Positions 39,281 through 50,038 of a stretch of DNA of 64,000 nt are shown here, piece by piece. Made by a program: the position numbers and the translations under genes. The stretch's first letter is position 1; each line of letters opens with the position of its first letter. Below the pieces are notes generated by a model, which was not told the origin of the DNA, searched no databases, and saw nothing but the letters and a program-made list of their open reading frames with translations. The DNA comes from an uncultured Sphingorhabdus sp. (GTDB lineage Bacteria > Pseudomonadota > Alphaproteobacteria > Sphingomonadales > Sphingomonadaceae): NCBI GenBank assembly GCA_937944295.1, contig CALDZL010000142.1:187-64186 (forward strand). The letters run 5' to 3'.

Positions 39281-39491
39281 TTATAGTAGCAATTTAATGC
39301 CAATCACCTTGCCTTCTTTATCATAGTCAAAAATCATATCATATGCTGAATCTATCCCATTAAGGCATTCTATTTTAACAGAGTGCGCCACATAATTTGG
39401 CAAAGTTCCAAGGTCTTAGCAGACGAAGATAAACTGCCTCTACCGATGTAGACTCAACGCGGAAGACCTCGGTATTTTTATCTTTTCACAT
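39281..39491 (-). pseudogene. DUF2283-like gene remnant
   Basis: M-stop-KDKNTEVFRVESTSVEAVYLRL, then frameshift to PNYVAHSV...DMIFDYDKEGKVIGIKLLL-stop. Confidence 0.65.
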
Positions 39492-39562
39492 ATTATTTGC
39501 CACCTGTTGAGACTATTCAATCTTAAGCGGTCCCATTTTTTCGGGCTGAATTTGCAAAAATA

Positions 39563-40780
39563 TTATGCGTTGCGCGCTAATAGTCCAAAAAATTTGTGCT
39601 TCTTTTTATTGCCGCTGCCCGATTTCATGACATTACGGCGGAACATGGTGACACCAATACGTAATATTAATATGGCAAAGAAAGCTTGGCCGATAATCGC
39701 TATGCCATGATGCCATAATATATCCACTTGCGCGGCGCGCGATAACATAGCGAGAGGGGAGCTAAATGGGAAGATAGATGCAAACATTTCAATCGGTTCA
39801 CCCAATTTATTTGCACCAAATATCGCTATGAAAAACACCACCATTTGTAACATGGTTGCGGGCATAGAGAGAGTTTGTACTTCGCGGACGGTAGCTGCCA
39901 TTGCCCCTATGCCCAGAAATAAGGATGCAAGCATCAGATAGGACATAGAGAAATATATGACGCCCAATATTAGAAATATTGGCCATCCGACGGCGGGAGT
40001 AGGCAGATTTGGGATACCCGTACCCCAGATGCTAACACCAATATATGCCATGGTAGACCATACAATAATACCGACAAAAGCCATCACTAACATTGCAAAT
40101 ATTTTACCAATAAAAACCGCATCCATAGGGATGGACGCTGCTAAAATTTCAATGATTTTGTTTGATTTTTCTTCAACCAAATTGGATAATACCATACCCG
40201 CGAGCAATGTGGTCAGCATGAATAAAATAATCATTCCTGCCTGCCCTGTTGTCTGACGTAAATCCTTCACCCGATTGGCGCTGCTTTTAACGCGATTGGT
40301 CTGTACTGCGGGCAAATTTGTGGATTGTGCATTGCTGGCATAACCAGATAATAGAGCAACGCTAGCATTTAACTGACGCAGACTATTCTCGGTTCCCGTC
40401 AAAATAGGTTTTTCCAGCGAACCGCTTAAAATAACCGCATAATTGATATCGCTGTTGGTAAGCAAAGATTGTGGATCCGGCAATGCATCATAATTATCAA
40501 TATCAACCAACTTTATTTCTGCAAAATAATTAGGTCCCATTTGCTTAGATAATGTCTCACGGGCTTTAATCAGCTGATCTGCTTGTTGTTCATCCATCAT
40601 CACCCCAATTACAGGTGTGTCTCGGTTCTCAGCCAATTCCTTGCCAAGATTACCAGCAATTAATGCTACAACGAGTGGAAATAATGGACCTAATAAAAAG
40701 AAAAAGAATGCCTTTGAAAATATAATTGCTGTAAAATCACGCCGACCAATGACAAAAGCTGCTCTCAATGTCTCTTTCAT
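39563..40780 (-). CDS. ABC-2 type permease (NatB-like)
   Basis: VEEKSNKIIEIL, GK, FPFSSPLAM; large extracytoplasmic loop. Confidence 0.88.
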   Translation of the reverse strand: MKETLRAAFVIGRRDFTAIIFSKAFFFFLLGPLFPLVVALIAGNLGKELAENRDTPVIGVMMDEQQADQLIKARETLSKQMGPNYFAEIKLVDIDNYDALPDPQSLLTNSDINYAVILSGSLEKPILTGTENSLRQLNASVALLSGYASNAQSTNLPAVQTNRVKSSANRVKDLRQTTGQAGMIILFMLTTLLAGMVLSNLVEEKSNKIIEILAASIPMDAVFIGKIFAMLVMAFVGIIVWSTMAYIGVSIWGTGIPNLPTPAVGWPIFLILGVIYFSMSYLMLASLFLGIGAMAATVREVQTLSMPATMLQMVVFFIAIFGANKLGEPIEMFASIFPFSSPLAMLSRAAQVDILWHHGIAIIGQAFFAILILRIGVTMFRRNVMKSGSGNKKKHKFFGLLARNA

Positions 40781-41712
40781 AGCAATTCTCCTGCGCTGAT
40801 TTCTTCATCCATCGCGGCAGCTACCGCTTCACCTGCTATCGATACAAAGGCATCATGCAATCCGGGGCGCTCAATCGATAGAGATTTAATCCCTGCTTTG
40901 CCTTCTATCAGAGCTTCTAATAAAGGTTCAACGCCTGTTTCTGGCAGTTCAAAATGCCACCAATTTCCTTCGGCCTCTGTGCCATCGGGCAGAGCTTTGC
41001 GCCACGAACCATCCAATGCTTCAGTTTCTAAATGTACTTGCGGCCTTAATCTATCCCTTGCCGTTTCTACTAAACCATCAAAGCTAATTTTACCATTTGC
41101 AACAATAGCAATATTCTCACACAATCGCTCTGCATGAGCGATGACATGGGTTGAAAAAATGACGGTTACACCATTGGCAGCTTGCTCGCGGATGAGCCGT
41201 TCTAACTTTGCCTGGTTTAGAGCATCCAATCCCGAAAAAGGTTCATCGAGCACAATCAATTTAGGACTATGTACAATCGTACCCATTAATTGTACCGTTT
41301 GTGCCATACCTTTGGACAGTTGTTTGATTTGCATGTCGGTTGCATGGGCCAGGCCCGCTTGTTCTAGTAATATCCTACCTTTTTCACGCCCGTCATTGAG
41401 CGGCATGCCACGCAAAGCGCCCATGAATGCAATCGTATCAACTGCTTTCATTGATTGATAAAGCCCACGCTCTTCTGGTAAATATCCAACAAAAGGAGAC
41501 TGCGATAATGGATCATTGCTTCCCAATAATGTGCGCTCACCTTCATCAGGGTCAATTATACCCAGTAATGTGCGCAGCATGGTGGTTTTACCTGCACCAT
41601 TGGGGCCTAATATACCATATATGCTGCCCTCAGGGATCAATAAATCAATATTATCAACGGCTCGAAATCCATCAAAGATTTTTACCAATCCGCGTGCTTC
41701 GATTGCATTCAT
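40777..41712 (-). CDS. ABC-2 type ATP-binding protein (NatA-like)
   Basis: GPNGAGKT, GYLPEERGLY, LSKGM, LDEPFSGLD. Confidence 0.92.
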   Translation of the reverse strand: MNAIEARGLVKIFDGFRAVDNIDLLIPEGSIYGILGPNGAGKTTMLRTLLGIIDPDEGERTLLGSNDPLSQSPFVGYLPEERGLYQSMKAVDTIAFMGALRGMPLNDGREKGRILLEQAGLAHATDMQIKQLSKGMAQTVQLMGTIVHSPKLIVLDEPFSGLDALNQAKLERLIREQAANGVTVIFSTHVIAHAERLCENIAIVANGKISFDGLVETARDRLRPQVHLETEALDGSWRKALPDGTEAEGNWWHFELPETGVEPLLEALIEGKAGIKSLSIERPGLHDAFVSIAGEAVAAAMDEEISAGELL

Positions 41713-41901
41713 AATGATATTTGTCCTACTTCTCTCTACTCGACAATATTTGATGTAGAATATAAATGGCCCTGTTGCGTTTCAGTGGCCATATACGGTG
41801 TGGATGTAAATAGAAACAAGGCAAATATAGTTAACAATTGAAAATAATAATATATCTATCGAAATGATAGCCTTTACGCTATATTAAAAATGTAACAAAT
41901 A

Positions 41902-43044
41902 TTGATAGAGAAAAAAATTTTAACATCTGAAGCCATCAAAAAACAAGCCATAAGAGAGGGTTTTTGTGATATCGGAATTGCGCCAGCAATTCTAAGCCCA
42001 AAAACACAAGCACGGTTTCGCCAATGGATAGATGATGGCCAACATGGCGATATGATTTGGATGGAAAATCGTATCGAACAACGCACTAACCCAAAAATAT
42101 TATGGAACGATGCTCAATCTGTTATAATATTAGGGATGAGTTATGCACCTGTATCCGATCCATTTTTGCTTGAAGAGTATACATCTAATGGTCGCATATC
42201 TGTATATGCACGCGGCAAAGATTATCACGATATTGTCAAAAAAGCGCTCAAAAGACTGGCTCGTTGGATTGTTGAAGAGAGTGGCGAACAGGTAAAAGTT
42301 TTTGTTGATACAGCGCCCGTAATGGAGAAAGCTCTTGCTGCTAATAGCGGTATTGGTTGGCGTGGTAAACATAGCAATATCGTTAGCAAGTCGCATGGTA
42401 ATTGGATGTTTCTTGCTGCTATATATACGAGTGCGAAATTAGAGCCATCCAAGCCTTTGCACGATCATTGTGGGTCTTGCACTGCTTGTTCAAAAATTTG
42501 TCCCACCAATGCGCTCGATAAACCTTATGCACTTGATGCTAGAGCCTGTATTTCTTGGATGACGATTGAAAATAAAGGCCCAATTGCTCTTAAATACAGA
42601 AAAGCTGTAGGCAATCACATATATGGCTGTGATGATTGTTTAGCAATATGCCCTTGGAATAAATTTGCCGATAGTGCTGCAACCAATAAAGCTTTTTTCC
42701 CGCGCGCTGAATTAGAAGCGCCTGAGCTTGCTGATCTATTACGACTTGATGATATTAAATTTCGTGCCATATTTTCAGGTTCACCGATTAAGCGCACTGG
42801 CCGCAACAAGATTATTCGTAATGCATTGATTGCAGCGGGTAACAGCAATGATATTACACTTGTCTCGGCAATAGTTGACCTATTGGATGATAGGAGTGAC
42901 ATTGTGCGCGGTGCCGCTATTTGGGCGCTTAAAATGCTTGATGAACCCCGTTATAAGTCAGAGAGGTCTTGGCGCTACATGCATGAAACAGATAAAAATG
43001 TTCGCAATGAATGGGATTCTATTTGCCCAACATTAAATACATAG
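41902..43044 (+). CDS. queG: Epoxyqueuosine reductase
   Basis: YARGKDYH, VDTAPVMEK, CGSCTACSKICP, GCDDCLAICPWN, HEAT-like tail. Confidence 0.93.
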   Translation: MIEKKILTSEAIKKQAIREGFCDIGIAPAILSPKTQARFRQWIDDGQHGDMIWMENRIEQRTNPKILWNDAQSVIILGMSYAPVSDPFLLEEYTSNGRISVYARGKDYHDIVKKALKRLARWIVEESGEQVKVFVDTAPVMEKALAANSGIGWRGKHSNIVSKSHGNWMFLAAIYTSAKLEPSKPLHDHCGSCTACSKICPTNALDKPYALDARACISWMTIENKGPIALKYRKAVGNHIYGCDDCLAICPWNKFADSAATNKAFFPRAELEAPELADLLRLDDIKFRAIFSGSPIKRTGRNKIIRNALIAAGNSNDITLVSAIVDLLDDRSDIVRGAAIWALKMLDEPRYKSERSWRYMHETDKNVRNEWDSICPTLNT

Positions 43045-43045
43045 A

Positions 43046-43444
43046 TTATCGTGACAAAGCATTAACACATGACGCACGGTCAACCTCTGCTCCATCACTA
43101 CGGCGCGCATCGACATGAGTTACTACTTCATTTTCTATAGTAGCTGGACGACCTTCATCTGCATAGAGATAGACATCTATGATACATGCTTTGCCACTAA
43201 ATTGTAATTTACGACCATTTGCTTCGCGAACATCTAAACGTGGAATACCAAATTTTCGTTTAAGTTGAGTAATATTCAGTCCTAAAACGGTCTCCAGCCC
43301 TGTTACAGCCTGAGGAACAGGTGCAGAAGGTGCATTAATCGTGGTAATACGCGGGGCGGTTGTCCTTGTAACGTCGGCTGTACAAGCTGATATTGTAAAT
43401 GCGCTTAAGGCTATCATTACAGGCTGTACTCTTAATCTTTGCAT
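43046..43444 (-). CDS. Small hypothetical lipoprotein
   Basis: Lipobox ISAC; FG.PRLDVRE..RKLQF..C..DVYLY...C. Confidence 0.75.
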   Translation of the reverse strand: MQRLRVQPVMIALSAFTISACTADVTRTTAPRITTINAPSAPVPQAVTGLETVLGLNITQLKRKFGIPRLDVREANGRKLQFSGKACIIDVYLYADEGRPATIENEVVTHVDARRSDGAEVDRASCVNALSR

Positions 43445-43503
43445 ATTTCTATCAACCTTAATCTATCAGGCTAGGCTCTAGCTAATTTAAAAATATTTGC
43501 CTA

Positions 43504-44181
43504 TTATTTTTTGGGACGGTGCATCACGTGCGTGGCTGCTGCGACCCCAATAACAGGAATAAAAAAATTCACCAAAGGAATCATCATCGCAGCATTCATA
43601 ATAAAGCCCAATGCAAAACGTTCAAACTTTCCCATCGACCAGCTATTAGTTGATTTAAGCGGTGATTGATGGCGCAGCGCTATCATTTCTTCTAGTTCCT
43701 TGCCCAATAATAGACCATTAATGCATAAAAATATAATTGGAGTACCCAATATTGAGAATAGAGCAATGAGGTAGAGCGGCAATGCTAAGAGATTATAGAC
43801 AATGGCACGCAGCAAAGAGCGTAAGCCTATTGCTAAGCTTGTAATCCAGCTTGGCTTAGTTGCAGTGAGCGCGCTATGACTATAATATTCCCACTCTATT
43901 GCTTCGACAATATCATCGGCAAATATCCATAAGATTAAAATAGCGATGCTGCGAAAGAAAAACCATGATATAAGTGATCCTATTATCACACTCATAAGAT
44001 AAGACCATGTTCCAATATCCATGCCCCAGCCCCATTGCGATAATAAATAATCACCACTAAGAAATAATGCCAATGCCAGAGCTATTAGAACAGCAATGGT
44101 AAGCATTATAGACTTTACCAATATGTGCTGCACAGTTTTATTATTGAGGGCAGATATCGATAGAAATATTGATTTAATCAT
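43504..44181 (-). CDS. EI24/CysZ-like membrane protein
   Basis: FADDIVEAIE..YY, NG.LLG.E, IPLVN..P...AAATH. Confidence 0.8.
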   Translation of the reverse strand: MIKSIFLSISALNNKTVQHILVKSIMLTIAVLIALALALFLSGDYLLSQWGWGMDIGTWSYLMSVIIGSLISWFFFRSIAILILWIFADDIVEAIEWEYYSHSALTATKPSWITSLAIGLRSLLRAIVYNLLALPLYLIALFSILGTPIIFLCINGLLLGKELEEMIALRHQSPLKSTNSWSMGKFERFALGFIMNAAMMIPLVNFFIPVIGVAAATHVMHRPKK

Positions 44182-44363
44182 ACATTGACTGTATTATGTA
44201 TATAAGTCACGTCAAGATATAAATTATGATTTTATCAGTAAGTTATAACCATTTGTCGAAAAAGTGAACCGAATATGAGTTTGAATTCTTTTATAATCTC
44301 GCCTTGCGTCTCAGCATATGAGAGGATAATGGGGCGCATAGATTATGTTTTTAAGGATTAAAT

Positions 44364-45350
44364 ATGGCCCAATATGACGTATTAGCAATTGGAAATGCGA
44401 TAGTTGATGTTATTACAGAGTGTGATGATGCTTTTATCGCTGAACAAGGCTTTTCCAAAGGCTCAATGCAATTGATTGACCAAGGTCAAGCAGAAACGCT
44501 CTATCAGCTTATGGGTCAAGCCACAGAAACAGGCGGCGGCAGTGCAGCCAATACATTAGCAGGCCTCGCACAATTGGGACAAAATTGTGCCTTTATAGGT
44601 CAAGTCGCTGATGATGAATTGGGTGCATCATTTGCACGTGATATGCAAAAAGTAGGGATAGATTTTGACTGTTCAAAGCGTGGTGAGGACCCTTCGACAG
44701 CACGTTGCCTTATCTTTGTGACGCCCGATGCCCAGCGAACAATGAATACATTTTTGGGTGCGGCACAATATCTACCTGCTGATGCGATTGACCAAAAAAT
44801 GATCGAATCTGCCAAAATACTCTATTTAGAAGGCTATTTATGGGACCCTGCCGAACCGCGTGCTGCTATGCGCCGTGCTATTGATTATGCCAAAGGAGCA
44901 GGCAACCGCGTTGCTTTGACGCTTTCTGATGCTTTCGTGATTGATCGCTATCGCGATGATTTTAACGCACTTTTGCACGAGGGCTTAATCGATATATTAT
45001 TCGCCAATGATGTAGAGATATGCTCGCTTACGCAAGATGATGATTTTGATGAGAGCGTCAATATGATTGCCTCTAAAACTGAAATTTTGGTGGTAACACG
45101 CGGTGAGAAAGGCGCAATTGCGGTTAAAGACGGTGTTCGTAGCGCAGTGACTGCACAGCCCGTCGATAATTTGGTTGATACAACAGGAGCAGGTGATTTA
45201 TTTGCGGCTGGTTTCCTATCAGGGATTAGCCAAGATAAAAGCATAGAACAATCCTTGCTAATCGGCAGTATCTGCGCAGGCGAGATCATATCTCATTTTG
45301 GCGCAAGGCCGCTTGCAGATATTTCAGCAATGGTTGAAATGTCGCTGTAA
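44364..45350 (+). CDS. PfkB family adenosine kinase-like sugar/nucleoside kinase
   Basis: IGNAIVD, GGSAAN, LEGYLWD, DTTGAGD. Confidence 0.9.
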   Translation: MAQYDVLAIGNAIVDVITECDDAFIAEQGFSKGSMQLIDQGQAETLYQLMGQATETGGGSAANTLAGLAQLGQNCAFIGQVADDELGASFARDMQKVGIDFDCSKRGEDPSTARCLIFVTPDAQRTMNTFLGAAQYLPADAIDQKMIESAKILYLEGYLWDPAEPRAAMRRAIDYAKGAGNRVALTLSDAFVIDRYRDDFNALLHEGLIDILFANDVEICSLTQDDDFDESVNMIASKTEILVVTRGEKGAIAVKDGVRSAVTAQPVDNLVDTTGAGDLFAAGFLSGISQDKSIEQSLLIGSICAGEIISHFGARPLADISAMVEMSL

Positions 45351-45356
45351 ATGGAA

Positions 45357-46916
45357 TTATTGGGCTGGATTAGTAACTTCACCTTGCACAGCTATTTTTT
45401 TATTCCGCTTAAATAATACGCGGTCTTCAGGGCCGAAACCGCGTGTCCAAATGATGAAACCATAGACGCCTAAGATAATTACTTCGCCGAAGGATAGTTC
45501 GAACCAAGTTGGTGTTCTTGTAACAAATTGCCCAACAATTATCGTCACGACTATACCCCAAAACAGTGCGGGCCTGAATATTTGAATTGGCGTATGGAGC
45601 AGCCTTTCCAAGAAATGCAGTTTTACAAAGGATGAAACCGCCAGTGATATTGCCAAAGCCATAGCCACTGATGCAGCATAATAGAGATTATTCTCTGGCG
45701 CGGCTATACCCCAAAAATCCACTAAATATATGAATAGAAAACTCAAAGCAGCTTGTAAGGCGAGTACCGATAGAGAGATTATCAAATTACGGTGCCGAGC
45801 CATATAGATGAGGGCGGATTCGCTCACAACGGCGGTTGCCGCTACTACTTCTGCTATCAATAAGAATATCAGTGCCAGAGCAAAGCCAGATATAAGCAGA
45901 CCATCTTCGATATTAGAGTCGCCCACTACGGGTAATACAGACTCGCCCGTTATACCAAAACCAAGTGCTAGGGCGGTTTGAAATGCAATGATCCAAAATC
46001 CTACCTGCCCAACTTGTTTGGCAATATCTTTATAGCGTTTTTCCTTAATACAGCGTGTGATAACAGGTCCCAAAATTGGGTCAAAACTGGTTTTTAATTT
46101 TTGTGGGATACTCGCGATTTGCTGTAATATATAATATGTACCAACAATGCTGGGAGATACGAATAATCCTAATATTGCCAAATCCATGCGGCGGCTGCCC
46201 CATTCTATTGCATCGGTTAGAGCCAATGGTGCATTACGGCGTGCTGTTTGCCATAATTTTAACGGGTTTAGACGCCATTTTTGTGGTAAGCCATAGCGGC
46301 GATAGAGTGGGATAAGCGCTGCAATTAAAGCTGAGGTCATGGCAATAAGATAGGCTATGATCAAACCATCGCGTGGTACAATATAAAATAGTATTAAAGC
46401 TGATATGCATAACATCCAAGGCTCTACGACTGCACGCGCACGAACAGCAGAAGCAACGTCAAATTTATAGGCTAAAGCTGCCAGTGATATTTCTGTACTG
46501 ACAATCACAAAAATAATTAGTGGAAAAAATCGATCCATCCCATTCACTTGACTATTTTGGAACATGATCTGTGGAAAAGTGATTAATATTATTACGCCTA
46601 TTGATGATGCCAATAGTCCCAGGAGCAAACCATCGACAATTACATTTGCTGGTTCTCTGTTATCATTAGATAATAATTCTGCTAAACCACGCCGCAAACC
46701 AATAGCCGACAACTGAGCTGTAAATTCAACCACTAATATAGCATAAGCAAAACGCCCGACATCTTCTTTGCTGTAGAGCCAACCAATTATGAATAAAAAT
46801 GGAACACGTGCTGCTAGACGGAGGATAAAACCGAATACATTGGTTTTCCCACCTTTTGCAAGAGCAGCTATTTCATCACTAGACTGCTCTTGTGTATCTT
46901 GAGCCTTAGCGTTCAA
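45357..46916 (-). CDS. Oligosaccharide flippase (MOP/Wzx-like) family protein
   Basis: About 14 TM helices, MDLAILG, VG.YY; MOP-superfamily layout. Confidence 0.78.
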   Translation of the reverse strand: MNAKAQDTQEQSSDEIAALAKGGKTNVFGFILRLAARVPFLFIIGWLYSKEDVGRFAYAILVVEFTAQLSAIGLRRGLAELLSNDNREPANVIVDGLLLGLLASSIGVIILITFPQIMFQNSQVNGMDRFFPLIIFVIVSTEISLAALAYKFDVASAVRARAVVEPWMLCISALILFYIVPRDGLIIAYLIAMTSALIAALIPLYRRYGLPQKWRLNPLKLWQTARRNAPLALTDAIEWGSRRMDLAILGLFVSPSIVGTYYILQQIASIPQKLKTSFDPILGPVITRCIKEKRYKDIAKQVGQVGFWIIAFQTALALGFGITGESVLPVVGDSNIEDGLLISGFALALIFLLIAEVVAATAVVSESALIYMARHRNLIISLSVLALQAALSFLFIYLVDFWGIAAPENNLYYAASVAMALAISLAVSSFVKLHFLERLLHTPIQIFRPALFWGIVVTIIVGQFVTRTPTWFELSFGEVIILGVYGFIIWTRGFGPEDRVLFKRNKKIAVQGEVTNPAQ

Positions 46917-47030
46917 ATTATCCTCTACCCTCTTGATTATTCTTAAACCTAAACATTTTATCCTATTATCTGATATTTAAAATATTAGATAGTTATTATG
47001 ACTATTGATGCCAGATATTATAAAAATAAA

Positions 47031-48017
47031 TCATTCTGCTCTCAATGGCCTTGAAAGAAGTGCTTTCATTACATCTGCAACGTTGGATTTATCAGATAAT
47101 AAAGCACAAACCGCATCTACTATAGGCATATCAACGCCCAGCGATTGGGCCGATCTCTGTAAAACAGGGGCTGTTTGTGCACCTTCCGCTACGCTGAGCC
47201 TATTGCTAAGCAAGTCTTTTGCTGATTGCCCTTGCCCAAGGCCAACCCCCAAAGCAAAATTACGCGAATTTTCGCTGCTGCAAGTCAATACCAAATCGCC
47301 AAGTCCGCTTAATCCCGCCATAGTCTCGGCGCGTGCGCCTTTGGCAAGGCCAAAACGCAACATTTCAGCATAACCACGAGCAATTAATGCGGCGCGCGCA
47401 TTTAAGCCTAGCCCCGCACCCTCAACAACGCCGCATCCAATTGCCAATACATTTTTAACTGCACCGCCAATTTCAGCCCCTATTACATCATCGCTGTAAT
47501 AGGGACGAAAAGATGCAGTCGCTATAGCCTTTATTAATTTTTTACCCAGTATAAAGTTATCGCAAGCAAATGTTACCGCCCCTGGTTTATTGGCGGCAAC
47601 CTCATGCGCAAAAGTCGGCCCAGAAAGCACTGCAATATCATTGTCAGGGCAAATTTCTGCTGCTACTTCGCACAATAGTTTTTGACTTTGTGCTTCTATT
47701 CCTTTGGCGCATAATATTAGAGCCGCTTTGCTTGGCATAAGCGCTTTTAATGTAGCGCGTACATGCTGCGCTGGCGCTACAATCAATATGATATTGTGAT
47801 CCCGTAATTTGGTGATATTTTGCGTTGCATATATTGTAGGAGATAATGGGCTATTGGGCAAAAATATATCATTGCGGTGATTATGGTTTATATCATCAAC
47901 CACTTCTTTTTCGCGCGCGTATAGCAATACATCATCATGATTTTGTGACAGCATCATAGCCAGTGCCGTCCCCCATGCACCGCCTCCAATCACTGCTGTT
48001 TTTATCGTATCGCTCAT
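47031..48017 (-). CDS. gpsA: NAD(P)H-dependent glycerol-3-phosphate dehydrogenase
   Basis: GGGAWGTALA, LSGPTFA, KNVLAI, GLGDLVLTC, SRN. Confidence 0.96.
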   Translation of the reverse strand: MSDTIKTAVIGGGAWGTALAMMLSQNHDDVLLYAREKEVVDDINHNHRNDIFLPNSPLSPTIYATQNITKLRDHNIILIVAPAQHVRATLKALMPSKAALILCAKGIEAQSQKLLCEVAAEICPDNDIAVLSGPTFAHEVAANKPGAVTFACDNFILGKKLIKAIATASFRPYYSDDVIGAEIGGAVKNVLAIGCGVVEGAGLGLNARAALIARGYAEMLRFGLAKGARAETMAGLSGLGDLVLTCSSENSRNFALGVGLGQGQSAKDLLSNRLSVAEGAQTAPVLQRSAQSLGVDMPIVDAVCALLSDKSNVADVMKALLSRPLRAE

Positions 48018-49048
48018 GCCTTTACTCCAGCTCCGCGTGCTGGTTCAGCATCATTGTCGAGCGGCCAACGCGGTCTTGCCGTAAAATCCAAACTATCGGT
48101 TAGCCCTGCTTTGAATCGCTCAACACCTGCCCATGCGATCATTGCGGCATTATCCGTGCATAACCAAGGCGGCGGTGCTGTAAAGCGCATATTATGGCGC
48201 TGAGTCAGTTTTAATAACATCTGCTGTATGGCGCTATTAGAAGCAACTCCGCCTGCTACAACCATTGTGCTAATTGGTGCAATACGCGCCAGGCTATATT
48301 CGATTCGATCTTCCAAACAATCAACTACGGCACTCTGAAAAGAGGCTGCTATATCTTGCACTTCATAACGATTGCTCTCATGCGCACGTACCACTGCGCT
48401 TTTGAGTCCAGCAAAGGAGAAATGCGGTTCTTTTGAACCCAATAATGGCCTTGGTAAGTCGACCTTAGCAGCATCACCAAGCTTAGCCGATTCCTCAACC
48501 GCTGGTCCTCCCGGAAAGCCAAGTCCCAATATTTTGGCGCTCTTATCAAATGCTTCACCCGCTGCATCATCAATAGTGGTGGCTAAACGGTCATAATCAC
48601 CTACCCCATTAACGCGTAGCAATTGGCTATGTCCACCAGAAACCAATAGTAATAAATAGGGAAATTCAACGCTATTATCGGTAAGGCGTGGCGAGAGAGC
48701 ATGCCCCTCTAAATGATTAACCGCAATCAAAGGCTTATTCCATGCCATTGCCAGAGCTTTGCCTGTCACTAGCCCGACCATTACACCACCAATAAGACCA
48801 GGGCCAGCCGTTGCTGCAATGGCATCAATATCATTCGCCTTTATTTGCGCTTCGTCCATCACTTGTCGAACGAGTGGTGCTGCATATTCTGTATGCGCGC
48901 GCGCCGCAATTTCAGGAACCACTCCGCCAAAAGGACGGTGCCTCTCTTCTTGCCCTGCCAGTGCATGCGCAACAATAGTGCGATCATCGCGTACTAAGGA
49001 TGCAGCAGTTTCGTCACAACTGGATTCAATTCCTAAAATTAATGTCAT
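48014..49048 (-). CDS. tsaD: tRNA N6-adenosine threonylcarbamoyltransferase
   Basis: LGIESSCDET, GGVVPEIAARAH, NHLEGH, LVSGGH, CTDNAAMI. Confidence 0.97.
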   Translation of the reverse strand: MTLILGIESSCDETAASLVRDDRTIVAHALAGQEERHRPFGGVVPEIAARAHTEYAAPLVRQVMDEAQIKANDIDAIAATAGPGLIGGVMVGLVTGKALAMAWNKPLIAVNHLEGHALSPRLTDNSVEFPYLLLLVSGGHSQLLRVNGVGDYDRLATTIDDAAGEAFDKSAKILGLGFPGGPAVEESAKLGDAAKVDLPRPLLGSKEPHFSFAGLKSAVVRAHESNRYEVQDIAASFQSAVVDCLEDRIEYSLARIAPISTMVVAGGVASNSAIQQMLLKLTQRHNMRFTAPPPWLCTDNAAMIAWAGVERFKAGLTDSLDFTARPRWPLDNDAEPARGAGVKA

Positions 49049-49090
49049 AATAGTTTCCCATAGGGCCATGCTGCGCTATGAACAAGTGTG

Positions 49091-50038
49091 ATGAATCAGA
49101 TTCAAGCTATCAGCAATTTTACCGCCACCAACCCCTTGCGTATTGGAACGCGTAAATCACCATTGGCCATGGTTCAAACCCGTATGGTACAGGCGCAGTT
49201 AATTGCGCATTATCGATTGTCTGAAGGTTCAATAACCATAGTCCCTATGGTTGCCAGCGGTGATAAAATTACCGATCGCCCTCTGGCGGATATTGGCGGA
49301 AAGGCGCTTTGGACCAAAGAATTAGAACGAGCCTTAATCGAAGATAAAATTGATCTTGCCGTTCACTCGATGAAAGATGTGGAAACCATCAGGTCTGATG
49401 AATTTTCAATTGCTGCTATGCTGCCGCGCGGTGATATATCGGACAAGATTATTGGTGCATCATCGATTCAAAATCTGAAACATAAGGCACGTGTGGGTAC
49501 ATCTAGCCCTCGCCGACAGGCTCAATTACTTGCTATGCGCCCTGATTTAATTTGCGAATCTATTCGCGGAAATGTGGCTACGCGTTTGGGTAAACTTAAA
49601 GCTGGCGAGTTTGATGCTACATTATTGGCCGCTGTAGGGTTGGAACGTCTAGGTATGGGTGATTTAGGAGAGGTGATAGACAATATGCTGCCCGCCGCAT
49701 CACAAGGTGCAATTGGTATTGAATGCCTTAGGTCCCGCAGTGACTTAAAAGAATTTGTTTCTACCATCAGCGATAATGATACTATGATATGTGTCAACAT
49801 GGAACGTGCTTTTTTAGAATGTTTGAGCGGTGATTGCCATTCCCCCATAGCGGCGCTTGCGGTGCGTAAAGGAGGGCAAATCTATTTGCGTGGTCAAATA
49901 TTATCGCCTGATGGTAGCGATCAAGAAAGTGGTAATATATTATGTAATGATGAGGATTGCGCCGCAGCGGCCCATACGTTAGCCAAAACTTTATTAGACC
50001 GCGCAAGCCTTGCACTGCGCCAATATTTTGAGATATGA
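49091..50038 (+). CDS. hemC: Hydroxymethylbilane synthase
   Basis: IGTRKSPLA, GGKALWTKE, VHSMKD, GTSSPRR, IRGNV, GDCHSP. Confidence 0.96.
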   Translation: MNQIQAISNFTATNPLRIGTRKSPLAMVQTRMVQAQLIAHYRLSEGSITIVPMVASGDKITDRPLADIGGKALWTKELERALIEDKIDLAVHSMKDVETIRSDEFSIAAMLPRGDISDKIIGASSIQNLKHKARVGTSSPRRQAQLLAMRPDLICESIRGNVATRLGKLKAGEFDATLLAAVGLERLGMGDLGEVIDNMLPAASQGAIGIECLRSRSDLKEFVSTISDNDTMICVNMERAFLECLSGDCHSPIAALAVRKGGQIYLRGQILSPDGSDQESGNILCNDEDCAAAAHTLAKTLLDRASLALRQYFEI

